Positions 1 to 13,412 of a stretch of 64,000 bases of DNA are shown here, piece by piece. The stretch's first letter is position 1. Every line of letters starts with the position of its first letter. A program made the position numbers and the translations under genes. The DNA lies in NCBI GenBank assembly GCA_011109175.1, contig RDEW01000017.1, positions 1,100,279 through 1,164,278 of the forward strand. The letters run 5' to 3'. Below the pieces are notes generated by a model, which was not told where the DNA came from, searched no databases, and saw only the letters and a program-made list of their open reading frames with translations. This stretch comes from Dicyema japonicum. Its lineage: Eukaryota; Animalia; Dicyemida.

Positions 1-335
1 CTCCCAGATAGTTGGAATCTGTGGTAAGAGTCTCCAAAAATGTTCAAATCCAGTGTATGTTTTTCTTTTCTGTGTGTGGTAAAGATTGTATACTTGATTT
101 ATCCCTGGATATGGAGAGACGACTCTAATTCGACCAGGCTCCCAGGTCGTCAATATGTGACTGAAGCTCTGATTTTGCTTACACGTATTTGTTCCTGCTA
201 GCGATGATTAGGTCGTCAGCATAAGTGAAAAGCATTGAATCTGGTCCTCCAGGGCAGGGTAAATCGTTGAGGAACAAGTTGAATAATGCCGGAGAGAGGG
301 GCGATCCTTGAGGGACGTCATTTGGTAGGAGACGG
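1..335 (-). mobile_element. Non-LTR retrotransposon RT fragment (I/Jockey group)
   Basis: Minus strand translates to LPNDVPQGSPLSPALFNLFLNDLP...TYADDL, the RT QG and YADD motifs; runs off the window edge. Confidence 0.8.
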
Positions 336-1216
336 GATAAATAAATTATATAAAACACGTGTTATTCAGTAAACCTCAGTACTCTGTATAGTACATCCAA
401 TAATAATAATCTGATTATATCCACGTGTGTTTCCAAGCCAACAACATCCATGTAGTATGATCAATGAATGGCTCTCAAATTGGGTAATCAATATATCATG
501 TAATTAAGAATCCAGCTGAAATTGGTGGACGCTCCCACAAGTCCCTTAGTGTCATTGATGTTCCTGGTTAGGAAAGTCAGGAATTTGTTTATCAATATGT
601 GTTTTTTGTTTTTTACTGTAATTGATAACATCACAAAACTAATCAGTAGGAAGATGTTTGTCGATAAAGTCAAAAATTCATTTGTTCTTTAAAATTATTT
701 AAATTTTATAAAAATGTAATTTTTAATTAAAAATATTGTATAAATCAAAAGTTATAAAGTCAAAAAAGTCAAAATTTTATTTTTTTAGGTCAATAAAATC
801 AAAATTTTTATTTTTTATTTATTAATATTTTCAAAGTTTTGAATAAAATACTAATGTTTCGTCAACTGCTATACCTCGTTCAATCAGGGAGGTAGTTGAA
901 AATGTTAAGACTGTTATTAGAAAATATCATGCTTAATTTTCTATAAAACACGAATTTTCTAAAATCTTTCATCAATGAAACATTTCAAACTAACAGGTCT
1001 TGATTTTTATTACTATTTCACAGGTGCTAATGTAAAAATATCTGAGTTTCTTATTCCATCTACTCTAGGCTCAATGAGGTCACTAATAGTTACTCGGATA
1101 TGATTTTCTTTGCATAAGTTGAACATTAAAGTTAAAACTTTGTTTGAGGGTATTGGATATAGTTTTAATTCTTTCTATGCATAGTGTAGAATATTTAGGG
1201 GTATCTATTTGTTATG

Positions 1217-2015
1217 TTATGTTGCCCAATTAAGTCGTGTCCGACCCTTGGAGATCTCATGAACGAGTTTCCTCCACTCTCTCCGATCCGTTGCAATTTG
1301 GAGTAGCTTTGATATAGACATTCCCGTGACGTCTTCCACCGTAGATAGCCACCGAGTCCTTGGTCGGCCAGGTCTTTTCTTCCCAGTATTATTTCTTAGC
1401 ATAATGGTTCTTTCCAGTGAATCAGAGCGGACAACATGCCTTAAGAACGCCAATCTGTGAGTTACGATTCTTCCTTCTAGTGAAATATCCGTCTCTACCC
1501 GTTTGAATACATCGATATTTGTTATTTTGGAAGTCCAAGGAATTCTTAGTAACCTCCTCCAGCACCACAGTTCAAAAGCATCAATTTTTCGTCTATCCGC
1601 CTTTTTCAGTATCCATGATTCTGCGCCGTATAGAAAAACCGGGAACACGATTGCATTAACCAGTCTGCATTTGGTCCTTAAGCAAATATCTTTGCTTTTC
1701 AAATTCTATTCATTCTCTGGAAGGTGTCTCGTCCCATGGCAATTCGCCTCTTGATTTCCAAGCCTCCGTCACCACTCCGATTAATTAGACATCCCAGAGA
1801 GACAACATTATCGCAACTCTCTATTTTCTCATTCCCAATTTTTAGTTCCATTATTCCATTATTAGCAGTAGTCATAATTTTGGTCTTCTTGATGTTTAGC
1901 AATAAACCAAAGACGGCTCTCTCTTCTCTGAATCTTAGAATCAACTCCCTGAAGCCATCCTCTGTTTAAGGTTGTATTGTCAGCATAGCGCAAATTATTG
2001 ATGTTCCTGCCTCCA
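1217..2015 (-). mobile_element. RTE-clade LINE 3' fragment (RT C-terminus), frameshifted
   Basis: ORFs 1699-1944 and 1217-1702 give FGLLLNIKKTKIM...EIKRRIAMG and LYGAESW...KIDAFELWCWRRLLRIPW...GRPRTRW, typical of the RTE ORF end. Confidence 0.9.
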
Positions 2016-2499
2016 ATTTTCTCCAATTTTAATAGGGGTATCTACCAAAAATAATTCTGGTCAGAATGGGGAGTTGTCTTGAAGTTGTTGAACATTATTG
2101 TAAATTTTTATGAAGTAAAAAATATTCAAGCATTTTCAAGCACAAACCTTTTTAATCGGTTCAGACACCTGGAGCAGCTGCTTCAACTGCGGAAATCCTA
2201 AAAATCAAGAAATATTCTTGCCTCTGGGTCCGGTACCGATTTACTTCTGTTGCGGTAGAGTCATCAGGAGCCGTTGGTTCAATGACGGCTGAATGCTTGC
2301 CAAAAAAAGGAAAAACATACTTCACAGTAGAAGACACAGTTAGAATATTCAAAAATTGTATTTTAGTAACGTTTTGTGAGTAATAAAAAAGTATCTAGAA
2401 TCTATATTTTCTGTTAATAAGTGTTTTTCTATTAAAAAATAAAAAAAACATACTTCTCAATGCATATACGACTATTTGAAAAAATCTCCTTCCACATCA

Positions 2500-3508
2500 T
2501 TATTATTATTATTTAAGCCAAAGAAACACCGTCTTAACCAATAACTAATATTCAGGTGATCCCGGCATCTCTCAATAATCGGGCCATTTTTTCTCGATGC
2601 TCCGACTGTGATCCCACGCATTTTCTATACGGACGGGGGTCTTTTTCCTTTCCTCTTCTGAAATTGCCTCCAGTTGCCTCTATGATAGACTCGAGTGCTC
2701 TGGGGGCAATTTCTTTATCTGTATATTTTTCTAGTAACTTTTTTGCTCTTGACTGGATATCTTGAATTTTTGTTAGGTTCGTTGCCGACAGGTTAGATCC
2801 CCATGCAGCACATGCATAGCCTATTGTTGGCTCGACATACTGCTTGTAGAGGGTCCCGATACCTGGCGGATAAATTCCTCCACAGTTCCAAAGGAAGGCC
2901 TTTACAAAATTGATCTTCTTTGCACAGGTTGATATGATAGATTCCACATGGGCTGAGAAGCAGAGGAAAGTATCAAAAGTTACTCCCAGTATCTTCTGCG
3001 ATTTCTTTTGTGGTATAGGTACTCCATTTAACGTGACATCAATTGTTTGCGTTCCCATCTTTCTATTCTTAGTAAATAGAGTGACTGCTGACTTTTCGGA
3101 ACATGCATTTAATCGATTCTCGCACAACCATCCAAATATGTTATTTAGTATTCCTTGTAGTCTTTCCTTAGCATGTTCGACGTTTACGTCTCTAGATGCG
3201 ACAACTATGTCATCGGCATAGGAAAGTAGTATGTCATTATTATTCATAGGTACGGGGAGATCACTCAAAAACAAATTAAAAAGGATTGGTGACAGAGGAG
3301 ATCCTTGGGGTACACCATTGGGTAATAATCCCGATCTGGAACTCTTGTTTCCGACAGACACTTTCCCTCGGCGTCCACTTACGAAATTTGCTAACCATAA
3401 CTTTAATGGTGCATCAATTTTTGTCAAAAATATTTTTCGTATGAGGATCTTCCTTGGGACAGAGTCGAAAGCTTTTTGAATATCGATCGTACATATGACC
3501 GATTTCAA
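2500..3508 (-). mobile_element. 5'-truncated LINE (I/Jockey group, possibly Ingi-like) with a 318-aa RT ORF and (TAA)n tail
   Basis: DIQKAFDSV, GVPQGSPLSPILF, SYADD and KILGVTFD motifs; ends MARLLRDAGIT*; TAT-repeat tail near 2500-2513. Confidence 0.9.
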
Positions 3509-4844
3509 TCAAGATTTTTATTATTGTAAAATAATTATCTAAATTTCGAAATTTTTAACCTAAAAACGTTTAGAAATACATTATTCTATATTTTAATAAA
3601 GTTTTCGATTAGTTTTTTCATATTTAAAAAATTTTTTTCTAGATCAATTTGTCAAAAAGTCAAAAATGTTCAAAATTTCGAATTTATATAGTCAAAATAA
3701 AAATCGCCCTACTAATCAGGTTAAAAAAGCCAAAACTTGTCCATTTTCCAGAAGCGGTGATACCCAGACAGGATTCCTGATAATTATTTTAATATTAAAA
3801 TTTATTCCAGCATTATCTTTAGGCTGAAAAAATAAAGTATTCCAAACTAATTTTATATAGGCTTTCAATATGGTTCATTGCTCTTCCCTACATGAGCTCG
3901 TTGTGGTCAAGTGGTTTTCTGATCAAGTAGGGTAAGGGCCTTCCGTTATTCCTCAGGTTAGGATCTCCTAAGGCAATACACAATTGCAAAATATTTAAAT
4001 ATAAAATTATATTAGAGCCGCGTGGACACAAATTTCTCACACATCATTATGAAGTGGTTTTTGATTGAAGTCAAGATTTTACAAGTTTCAAGAAAGTGAC
4101 GGATTCATTAAAACAATTTTGATTACAAACTCATGAGAAAGTCGATCAGAAAGATTCTAAGTGCGTATTCGTCAATAACAAGTCAACCATATTTTCGAAA
4201 AAGTTTATTTTTAAAATTGACTTTTAAATATTTTTGACAAAGCCATTAACTTGGAAAACTCTGTTACGTGGCAAAATCCCATCCACAACGACAAATATAA
4301 CAATTGTAATCATTTTTCAAGATTATCATTTTCACTCTTAGTTTTGTCTTGGGGAAGCGACATTGGCTTGCTTTATTTTTGTAAAACATGGCTGTCGCCT
4401 TTTCAACTTAGCCTTCAATTCTTTGATTCTTCAAACACGTATTAGGAATTCGTATTTATCGCAAGATCGATGGTTAGTTTCATAGTGTCTTTTTAATTTG
4501 TACTCTTTTGGAGTGGTAATGTTGTTATTACAAACGAAACAATGTATTTTTGAATTAAAAAATTATAAAAAATACTTTAGTTTCAACTTTCTTCAAGTTT
4601 CTCTATTTCTTAGCTAAAGATGTCATTCTAAATAGGGTCAGTTTGTGTAGTGCTTTATAAAGACAACATAATAACCGGCACAAAATACAATTTATTATTG
4701 TTTTTAAATTTTTTTAAAATTGCAAGTATCGGGAAACAGTTTCAGTATCACGTTATGGACGCAAGCGCCCAGTGCTCTTCCAAACACGTAGAAGCACCCA
4801 CCTGTAGGACAGCATCGTTGTTCTGGAAACGTTTTGCCGCATCA

Positions 4845-5075
4845 AAAAATTTTTCAACTTCGTTCATCATTCTTAGCATTGTGATATCAATTTAAAATCA
4901 TCCATAAACAACAAGTGGTTAGTAGCACAGGTAGGAGTATTTCTCTCAGCATCCATGGTTACTTTAGGGTATTTACTATTTAATAGTCGACTCAACGGAT
5001 CAATAATACAAATAACTGTGGAGATAAGGAATCTCCTTGTAACATTCCTCTTCTTAGATTCACCACACCAAGCAA
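4845..5075 (-). mobile_element. R4/NeSL-like non-LTR RT fragment
   Basis: Minus strand reads LQGDSLSPQLFVL..DPLSRLLNSKYPKV...TNHLLFMDDFKL. Confidence 0.65.
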
Positions 5076-5495
5076 TTTTCCATTAAATTTAAGTCAGAGC
5101 TACCTAACCTTAGGATTTAATTATTTTGTATATAATAAGTAGAATGCTCACAAAAGCGGTCTTTCAATTTGACGCCAGTGACAGAAATCCACAGCTTTTC
5201 TCTGGTGGTCTCATTTTAATGAAGCGGTCTGCCCTTAATGTCGTCCACTGTAAAACAATCCTTTGTGCACACGTTTGACATGGCTGATCTAATCCATCCA
5301 AATTATAAATACAAGGATCAGCTGTTGCATTCGTCCTGAGGCGCTGAAACATTGAATCTACTTTTCTGTCAGCGATCGATAGCTCTTAGTGTCCTGAAAT
5401 TAATTAACAGGAAGAACCAACAATATCAATAAAAACCGGGAGATAACAAATTCAGGACGAAGTAATACAAATCCAAACAATTTAAAGTTACAAAG

Positions 5496-6893
5496 TTAAA
5501 CACGTCTACTAAGTCTTTCAAACTCAATTTCTTCCTTCCTCTGTTCTTTACTAAGCATCGCAGACACTATTTTCTCCCTCAAATACGTCTCCTCCTGAGA
5601 TATTTTACTCATCTTGTCCCTCTTCTGCTCCAACTTCAACGATTCCTGCTCTAGTTTTTTCACCTCCTCCCTCCGTTTCTCCAACCGATCCTCCTCCAAC
5701 TTCCTCTCCTCATTAACACCGACCTACAACATCACAATAAGGAATCACCTCAATCAGTCCGAAAATATGCGATAACAAACGAACAGCCTCAACTTTCCGT
5801 TTAGAAATCAATATTTTGCGTTCATCCATCATTATTTTCCGTTTGAGGGACATCTCTGTCTCATATGAGGTTATCTTCTCGCAGGGAGGTTTCACAATCT
5901 TTCTATTCTCTGACTCCCCTGTGCCGAGCTGAGATGAGAGTCCTTTCGACGAGCTTTCCGTCTCTCCCGTCGGCGTTTGTGAATATTTTCATCAGTCATA
6001 TGCTTGAAGCGATCAAAATCGACCTAAATAACTTCAGAATTAACCATAAAAACGCAAGTCAACATCTCTTTGCCCTCAGACCGCTTATAAAGGAGTTTTT
6101 TGCCTCTTAGTGAGTCCATAGCCCGCACAAACGACTGGTATTCGACATACTGTACATATAAATCAAAATAAAGCTTAGTATTATAACTAAAGGTTTTAAA
6201 ATTTGACCCTGGTGAGCTATACTTATCATTTCCTTCATTAATGGGCTCATCCGGGACTTCCAGGGTCCTCACTTGACCAAATCTCTCGAAAACCTTTTCT
6301 TAACAATAAAAATACAATTTTTAGCACATCCTCGTCCGGTTTCTCAGACTCTGTCGATTTACAGAACCATCGAGTAGGCAATTGTTGGAGAATCACGGTA
6401 TCCGGCCGTTCTCCGGGCCTCATTTGATCCATCTTTTCGGCATCTCTGAAAAACGCCTCCCAGTCGTGACGGACGGGAAATCCCAGTTTCGCTTCTGCCG
6501 CTTTTACCTGGTCAAATTAAAGACTCACAGTACAGTAAGTCCTTCTGGGATTCCGCTGAGTTTGACGGCCCGGCCTTCTAGTCGTTGGAGGACCGACTTT
6601 ACTTGGTCGCTTGAGTCAATGTCGGCTTCGAATCGCAGAAACTGAGTCGTAGTTTTGATTGTGTGCAAATTGTTGAGAAAAAAGGGCCGGGAAATGTACT
6701 GAAAGTAAACATTTAATGGGACCTTCAGTTTCTCCATTACCTCCCAGTTTGTGATGGTTTTCCCTACACTTTTCATGTCTGGGAGTTTTACGGTTATGGT
6801 TATTCTATTTATTGGCTTCAGGTACAGTCCATATTTGGATGATAATTCACTAAGGTCTGAATCGTCATCACAAACTTCAAAATGAGAGTCCAT
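5496..6893 (-). CDS. AKAP17A: A-kinase anchor protein 17A / splicing factor XE7 homolog, 5 micro-introns
   Basis: YGLYLKPINRITITVKLP..GKTITNWEVMEKLK, FPVRHDWEAFFRDA, PGERPDTVILQQLPTRWF and a coiled-coil tail; GT-AG introns of 21-26 nt join the ORFs; one 1-nt frameshift near 5918. Confidence 0.9.
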
Positions 6894-7894
6894 TTAACTA
6901 CTTTTAGGATTCTATTTACTTTAAAATCCCACAAGAACTAAATGTGTAAAAATTGATTTTAATTATTTTTAAATTAATTATTATTATTTATTATTATAAT
7001 ATTTAGAGCTACATTTTTACAAAATTATGTACTCGCCCTCACAGTGAGTTATTTATTTTTATGATTTATGTGTACTTTACGTCGAATAAAAATATATTAT
7101 TCATATAGGAGGCAACGAGGACTGAGAGTGATTTTTAATGAAAAGTTATTTTGAAGAACAATATTATTTTTTATAATTTATTAAATTAAAAAAACATATT
7201 GATAAACAAATTGTTATTGTCAGAGTTCGAATCTTGAAGCTGTACATTTTGTATGAAGGTGTTTTGGATTGATTAGTGACATCGTCATCAATGAATACTG
7301 CGGAATCAGATCGTCTACTAGGACTCAAGCAATAAAAAGAAAAAAAGAACTGAAGAACACTCCTCAGTACTCCCTTTCTACGATTAGTTAGCATAACTGT
7401 TTTTACTCTAATGGAGTGTGCTTCAGCATGTGAAGAGTTATAGGTATTATGGCTCGCGCGAAAAATGCGGATTTTTAACAGTGCAGTTCGTTTCGCTAAC
7501 TAACAGCTATACTTTACTCATTATTAATGTCCACATATAGTTTGCTCAGCGTTTAGAGACAGAATGAGCTGTCAATGGAAAAAATTGAACCAGTAAATGA
7601 GCCAAAACACGTCACATCTCGTTTGAGAGATATTCCGTGCGAGAATGGAAAAATGGTCAAAAACTAGAGAAAAAAATCTGTTTATAAATTAAGACCTACC
7701 TAACCTTAGGGTTTAATTATCGCCATACCTAAACTAAGTCTTACAGAGAAATGAAGTATCTTGAATTTGAACGGCGTCTCTTTTGAAATTAATGATATTT
7801 AAGGATGATTATGTTCTCCACCTTTCCTTGCCCTGTTAAAATGGTTTCTTTTATAAAATGAGGCGTTAGTGTTTTTAGAACTAATCGTGTATCA

Positions 7895-8830
7895 CTACGT
7901 AATTTTGGTGGTCGTTAGTGTATCTAAGCGTCCAAGTTCCTTTAGGAAGCGAAGCGATTTTCCACTTATTCTTCCAGTTGTCTCGACCACAATCGGATAA
8001 AACGCGAATCGGTCGCGTAGCGTTTCGTATTTCTTCTTCTTTGCCCTCGTCGTTTTTTCCGCGGCATACAGTGTATCTCCCGCGCTCCCGACAATGTTGG
8101 ACGGACAAAGCGTGTCGACACAAGTAGTGTCCCAAACCAAAGGTTTCCCCTCTTCAAATGCGAAAATTGTGATCCCGTCGGGACGTTTTACTGTCTCTTC
8201 TGTCCAGGCCAACAGGTTCTAGTATGACTGGGTATTCGCAGACTCTAGGGTTCGCTTGAAAATTCCGTTGATCTCCTTGTGTCTTGGGAATTGTCCTGCA
8301 TTTCTTCGACAAGAGAGGGCATGGTGTCCATAACAATCGACGGTGGCGCCACACCAGCATTTGTGAGTCCGGCAAATCTCCAGTCCAAGTCTGGTGAAGA
8401 TGCCGATGAGGACAGTATCGTCGTCAAGGTGGGTCCCGAATAATTATTCCAACTGTGATCGTAGTAATTGAACTAATTAACGGTTTTCCTTCATTCAAAC
8501 GTGGAGTGATAGAGCGAATCGTTGGTAAAAAGAAAAATATTAAAAAGACTATACCAAAGAAGGCTACAGCTACTGTGGAGCAGAGAATGATGCAAGTAGT
8601 GTGTCGGGTGGTCGTAACCGCTGGGGTTTGTATGGTATGCTACGAAGGATACTCTGTTGGAAAAACCACGACACTAGCCAAGTAAATAATTTCAGAAGAC
8701 GAACTACGAAAACCGGTCATTTGAATATCATCGGGGAGGAGTCGACCAGAAAGAAAATTAGGATCTCGAACAAGCACGTGGTAAAAATCTAAAAATTCCG
8801 ACAAAAAGATATCAGACATTCGAATATCAC
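7895..8830 (-). mobile_element. CRE-like non-LTR retrotransposon 3' fragment (CCHC knuckle + restriction-like endonuclease)
   Basis: HKCWCGATVDCYGHHALSC, then RPDGIT...LVWDTTCVDT...KKKKY...FYPIVVETTG; frameshifted. Confidence 0.8.
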
Positions 8831-10245
8831 TTCAGACAACCTGAATGAAATTAATGTCCAAGAGGTGACCTTCCATGTGAATATGATAGACTTAACTCGT
8901 CACCCAAAACTGGGATATCTGAACGATCACATAAAGAAATCATTTACGCGATCGCACATCTAAATGGTGGTGGCCGACATCAACTTAAATGAATCAAAAA
9001 TCAAATGTGGAGAGACTCTAAACTTGATGGATATCACTTTAAGACTTAGAATGGATAAAAGGCTGCTCACTAGAACTGGAAATCAAAATATCTTTGATTC
9101 TATCCAATGTGAAATTTTGTCAATTAGTGTTGTGTCCCTACTTCAGTCAAGACGAGGGTCTTTATTCGAACTCCTTTAATACATGTTCTGAGGAAATTGA
9201 AAAGTAATTTTCTACATGAAAGGTTGCGGAATCCAACTAAACAAGGCCATTTTTAAAACCAAGCTTCATTATCCATAAAAATTCATTACAGATTTTTAAA
9301 TAATGAAATTATATACTCAATTCCTCCACCGGCAACCTCCTTTATGACTTGTATAATGAAGTAATTGGTTAGGTCTGACGGTAATTCCAATTCCAGCAAC
9401 TTTATTACCAACTTCATCGTAATACTCAGACTCCTTACTTTTTGTCGGCAAAAGTTTTCCTTAAATTAGTACTTTTCGAAGGATTAGATTTCGTAATATA
9501 AAAATAACTCCAATTTGTGTGATGCCACTACAAGCTGTCTTAGTATTTTAGGATTGTTTTCCCTAAATCTCTTGTATAGCATTTACTTTCTCAATTTGAA
9601 CTGAATTTCTTCCAAAGATTTTCTGACATTTACAACTTTCGTACTGCATTTTCTACATAAGAGCTTTGCTTTTCTTTGCTACCTTCATATTTATTCGTCA
9701 TCATTGGTTTAACCATTTTCCGCTTCGTAAAAATTTTTTATTTTTGAAATCTCCAAAAATAAGGTTCTGTTCACGAAGACCCCTTAGAAGGAACAAATGA
9801 CCAATAACAGAAAAGGAGTGCAGATAAACCGCGCCATAAGAATTCCAATTGATAGGATTTACCATAACACTTTCTTGTGACAGCATCAAACCACAAAGAA
9901 GACTTTCCTGCTTACACTACACAATCTAAATTATTTCTGCTGAAATGTCAATGGGATTCTTTGAAGGGAGATCAATCAAACATTTGTTTATTTGCGAAAC
10001 CCCGGGAAACTCGGAGAAAGAAGGAAATAGTAATCGAACTAGTCAGGTTATCCAGGTTGTCATTTTATTCTTTGCTCATCAACACTAGATAACACGAAAA
10101 AAGGCAATAGTAACCGATAAATCAAACATGGACAACAATTCAACAAAAAATATTTTTAAATAGATAATGATTTATATTTATTTAATTTAAATAGTTTTTA
10201 AATAGTTAGTATTTTGTGGATTGTTTAAAAGAAATTAAGATAATT

Positions 10246-12276
10246 ATGGGGTCGGGCCGTCAATCAAAGGACCACAGGAAATCAGTAACTAATTTTGGTT
10301 AACATTCTCAGAACAAGTCAAAGGATGAACACAACCAATCCCGCCATAGAAGTGACAAATCAAAGTATATATTAAACTTATGTTTTGGCACTCTCACTCC
10401 TCACATCACAGAAGCAAGAATTCCCCCAGTCACCACAAGGAATCAAAGTCACGTGTTCCCTATTTATTCCTAGAAGGGTGAATAAAGACAGACAAGACGA
10501 ACTTTGCGAAGAAAAGAAAATTTCGCAGCGTAATACTTCACATAAAACGGAATCGCGAAAAATCACGGAAAAAGTCTCAAAAACGGAAAAACCGAAAACG
10601 GCTTCCAAAATCCGCGATGGGTTTGATTCCTGGAACCCTGAACTTCCTCCAATACACAATCAACTGAGCAAATACCCAAAACCACCTCACTTAAAACCTC
10701 AAAAACTTGCCGAGGAGACGAAACCTGTCAAACTCACATCCAAGTCAAACTCTGAAAGGTCCAGGAATGAGGCTGAAGTCATATCCTCCTCCAAGACTCG
10801 TCACTTGGAGACAGAAAGGTCACATTCTTCAAAGAATAAGGACGAGGTCATCAAATCAGAGACTTCTAAAGTAAAATCAGACAATATGCCTATAAAACCA
10901 ACACTGGGGACTTTGTTATTATCGAAGGATAAAGAAGGTGACGTCCATACTATGAACTCTCAGAAAGTAAAAGATACGCCAAAATCCGCGAATTCAAAAT
11001 TAGTTGGAATCGAAAAACCCAAAAGTATGGGTTCTGATCAAAAGACAAGTCTGGAAACATACAAAACAGAAGATACCCAGAATAGTGACAGTGTCAAACG
11101 GGTCTCTAAGTTTTCTACGGTTCACTCAGATTGGGGATCTCAGATTCAAGGATTGTTAATGTTTGTGAAATTCCAGTTGTCAGTGACGTTCGAACTATTA
11201 TGTATTTAAACGAGAAACGGTCAAAAATTAAGCACGTGGGCTCTACTTTTGACAGTGAGTCGTTTGTTGTGGTGGATACAAGCATTCCAGAGAGACTTGG
11301 GGGTCCTGAAGTTTCTGATTCAAGGATGGAAGTCGACTCTTTTTCAATTTCTCACTCCAAAATAGCATCTTCGAGTCAAAAACTGATGGATATGTCACCA
11401 ATTTGTTTGGAGGAAATCATTGAATCGGGGAAGGAGGTAAAATCATCAAAACGACGATATAAAAGATACAGCAGTGATGATGAGAGCCAGAATTCCATAA
11501 AACGGAGTAAAGGGGACCGAATTCATAAGATGAATAAGCTGGAGAAACATAAAAAACAGTCTAAAAGACGTCGAAAGTCCGAGGAAAGCGATTCTAGTTA
11601 TTCTTCCTCTTCGAATTCATCCAGCTCGTCGAGGTACTACAATAGGAAACGTCGTCATCGGTGTGACCGTCGATCACCCGGAAAACGGGGGACCAAAACC
11701 CTTGGAAGTTTCTTTGATCCAAATATTGCACGTGAGCTGCTTGTAGTTTTGATATATGAGTTTGTAGATTGCAAGTATAAACGAGGACTCTATGAGGTAC
11801 GATTTTTACTAATTTCAGTGAAAATCAGGAAAATTCAATTGAAATGAGGAAACCTCAAACCACAACCCAGCCCTCCACCATTCAAAGTTTATGATTTCTA
11901 ATACAAGTTAACAAACAAAAGATGATGATGAGTGACTATCACGACAAATGGGCGGAGACTGACAGACAGGCCTTACTGTTTGAGGTATTCATTGATATGA
12001 GTTGTAGATGTCAACTAATGAGGATTCCCCTACCCGCGTGGAAGTGGTTTGTGTTTTGGGGGACTTTTAGAAGGATTGTGATTATATGAGTTTGCCTATC
12101 ATTGAATGTCCGCATCTTCTTAAGGATTTTTCTGAATCAATCGACGATTAATGAGTTGAGTATTATTTGTGGTGTTATTAGTGTTTGGGGGATATGTGGA
12201 ATCCCTAGATGTTGAGGGGTCTCAGAAAAAGTGGAGAAGGAAGGTGTTGGCTGATAATAGTTTTGTATTGAATTGA
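10246..12276 (+). CDS. Uncharacterised low-complexity Ser/Lys/Arg/His-rich protein, about 9 micro-introns
   Basis: ATG at 10246; long open frames 10385-11209 and 11131-11847; flanking exons join through 22-27 nt introns; needs two 1-nt corrections (~11132, ~12148) and one GT-TG intron; no family recognised. Confidence 0.55.
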
Positions 12277-13412
12277 TGGTTTCTAATAAATAGTAACTCT
12301 TGTTTTATAAATTTTGTATTTTTTATAGTAGATTAGATTTCCCAATTAATATTCCTTCTTGTCTCTAAGTTTCTCGCGAATCTATCCATTCTCATGAGTA
12401 TAACGAGACAGGGTTTCATCAATCATAACAAATTAGACATTCCGTGCAATAGGGGTATCACCTCAACCTTCCGAGCAATTATTTTCTCAATTCAATTATC
12501 CCAATACATCTGTTCTTAAAACATAATCATGCTTCCAAGATTCCTTATTCTTTTCTCGCATGCATCTCTCGTTAGTGCCTATACTTATATTATGAGAATA
12601 ACTGGTTAAACTCAAGAAATTGCATCATAAATAAATTGTTTTATTAAAAGTATAGGAAATCAGTGTCTAGAAGAAACATAAAAAATAAGTTCTCAGAGAT
12701 AAGTCAGATAAACCTGGTGTGGTGAAAGAATTAAAGACAGGCTAGGACAATTAAAGAGGTTACTAGTTTGTGGTCGTCGAGAAACGAATACTAAAATGAT
12801 AAATAAGTAATTTATGAGGATTTACTTGTTATCTAATAAAATCACAAACAAACCAATATGGTTTTACGTAAAAGTGCAGTTTAGAATGGGTAAGAGAGAT
12901 AATGTCTAGGCTATGGATGTTTTGTGAGATTAGTTAGTTATTAACCCTGATCTCGCTATCTTGTAAGAGGCTGGCCGTTCTTAGGCGACCAGTAGCTAGT
13001 GATGAACGCTTCCACAGATCATTGATGTTCACCTTAGGTCCCGAACAGGAGAAAACTTTCTTGTAGAATCAATGATAAGAGCTCGGTCCGGTGATGGAAG
13101 CCATCTCTTATGTAGGAAGTGCCCAGGGCGTAGTTGGGTTAGGGTACTCCTTGTTTCTCTGTCTAAGGTAGTCTCCGATTCATCCACCAATTGGAGAGGG
13201 CCATCAAGAAGATCGTTTCAGACCAGACTTTGAATGGCCTTGAAAGAGATGTAGTCATTTATTGTCTTTGAATTGCTTTTATCGGGTGGCTGAGAATTTA
13301 GGCCTAATTCCTCGAAACGATTTTATTGGAATTGAGTTTCTGTTTTACTTTAAAATTTCCTTAATAATGGAACATTTCATTCAAAAATTATACTCAATTT
13401 TATAAGAAAATA

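Noticed and set aside
660-840. AT-rich gtcaaaa-containing tract, similar to 3510-3710 and 41765-41845
   Set aside because: Probably a repeat family, but low complexity prevented defining ends, TIRs or TSDs
9240-10130. Possible gene divergent from the 10246 gene
   Set aside because: Some intron-like and coding-like patches, but no consistent spliced frame or recognisable homology could be built
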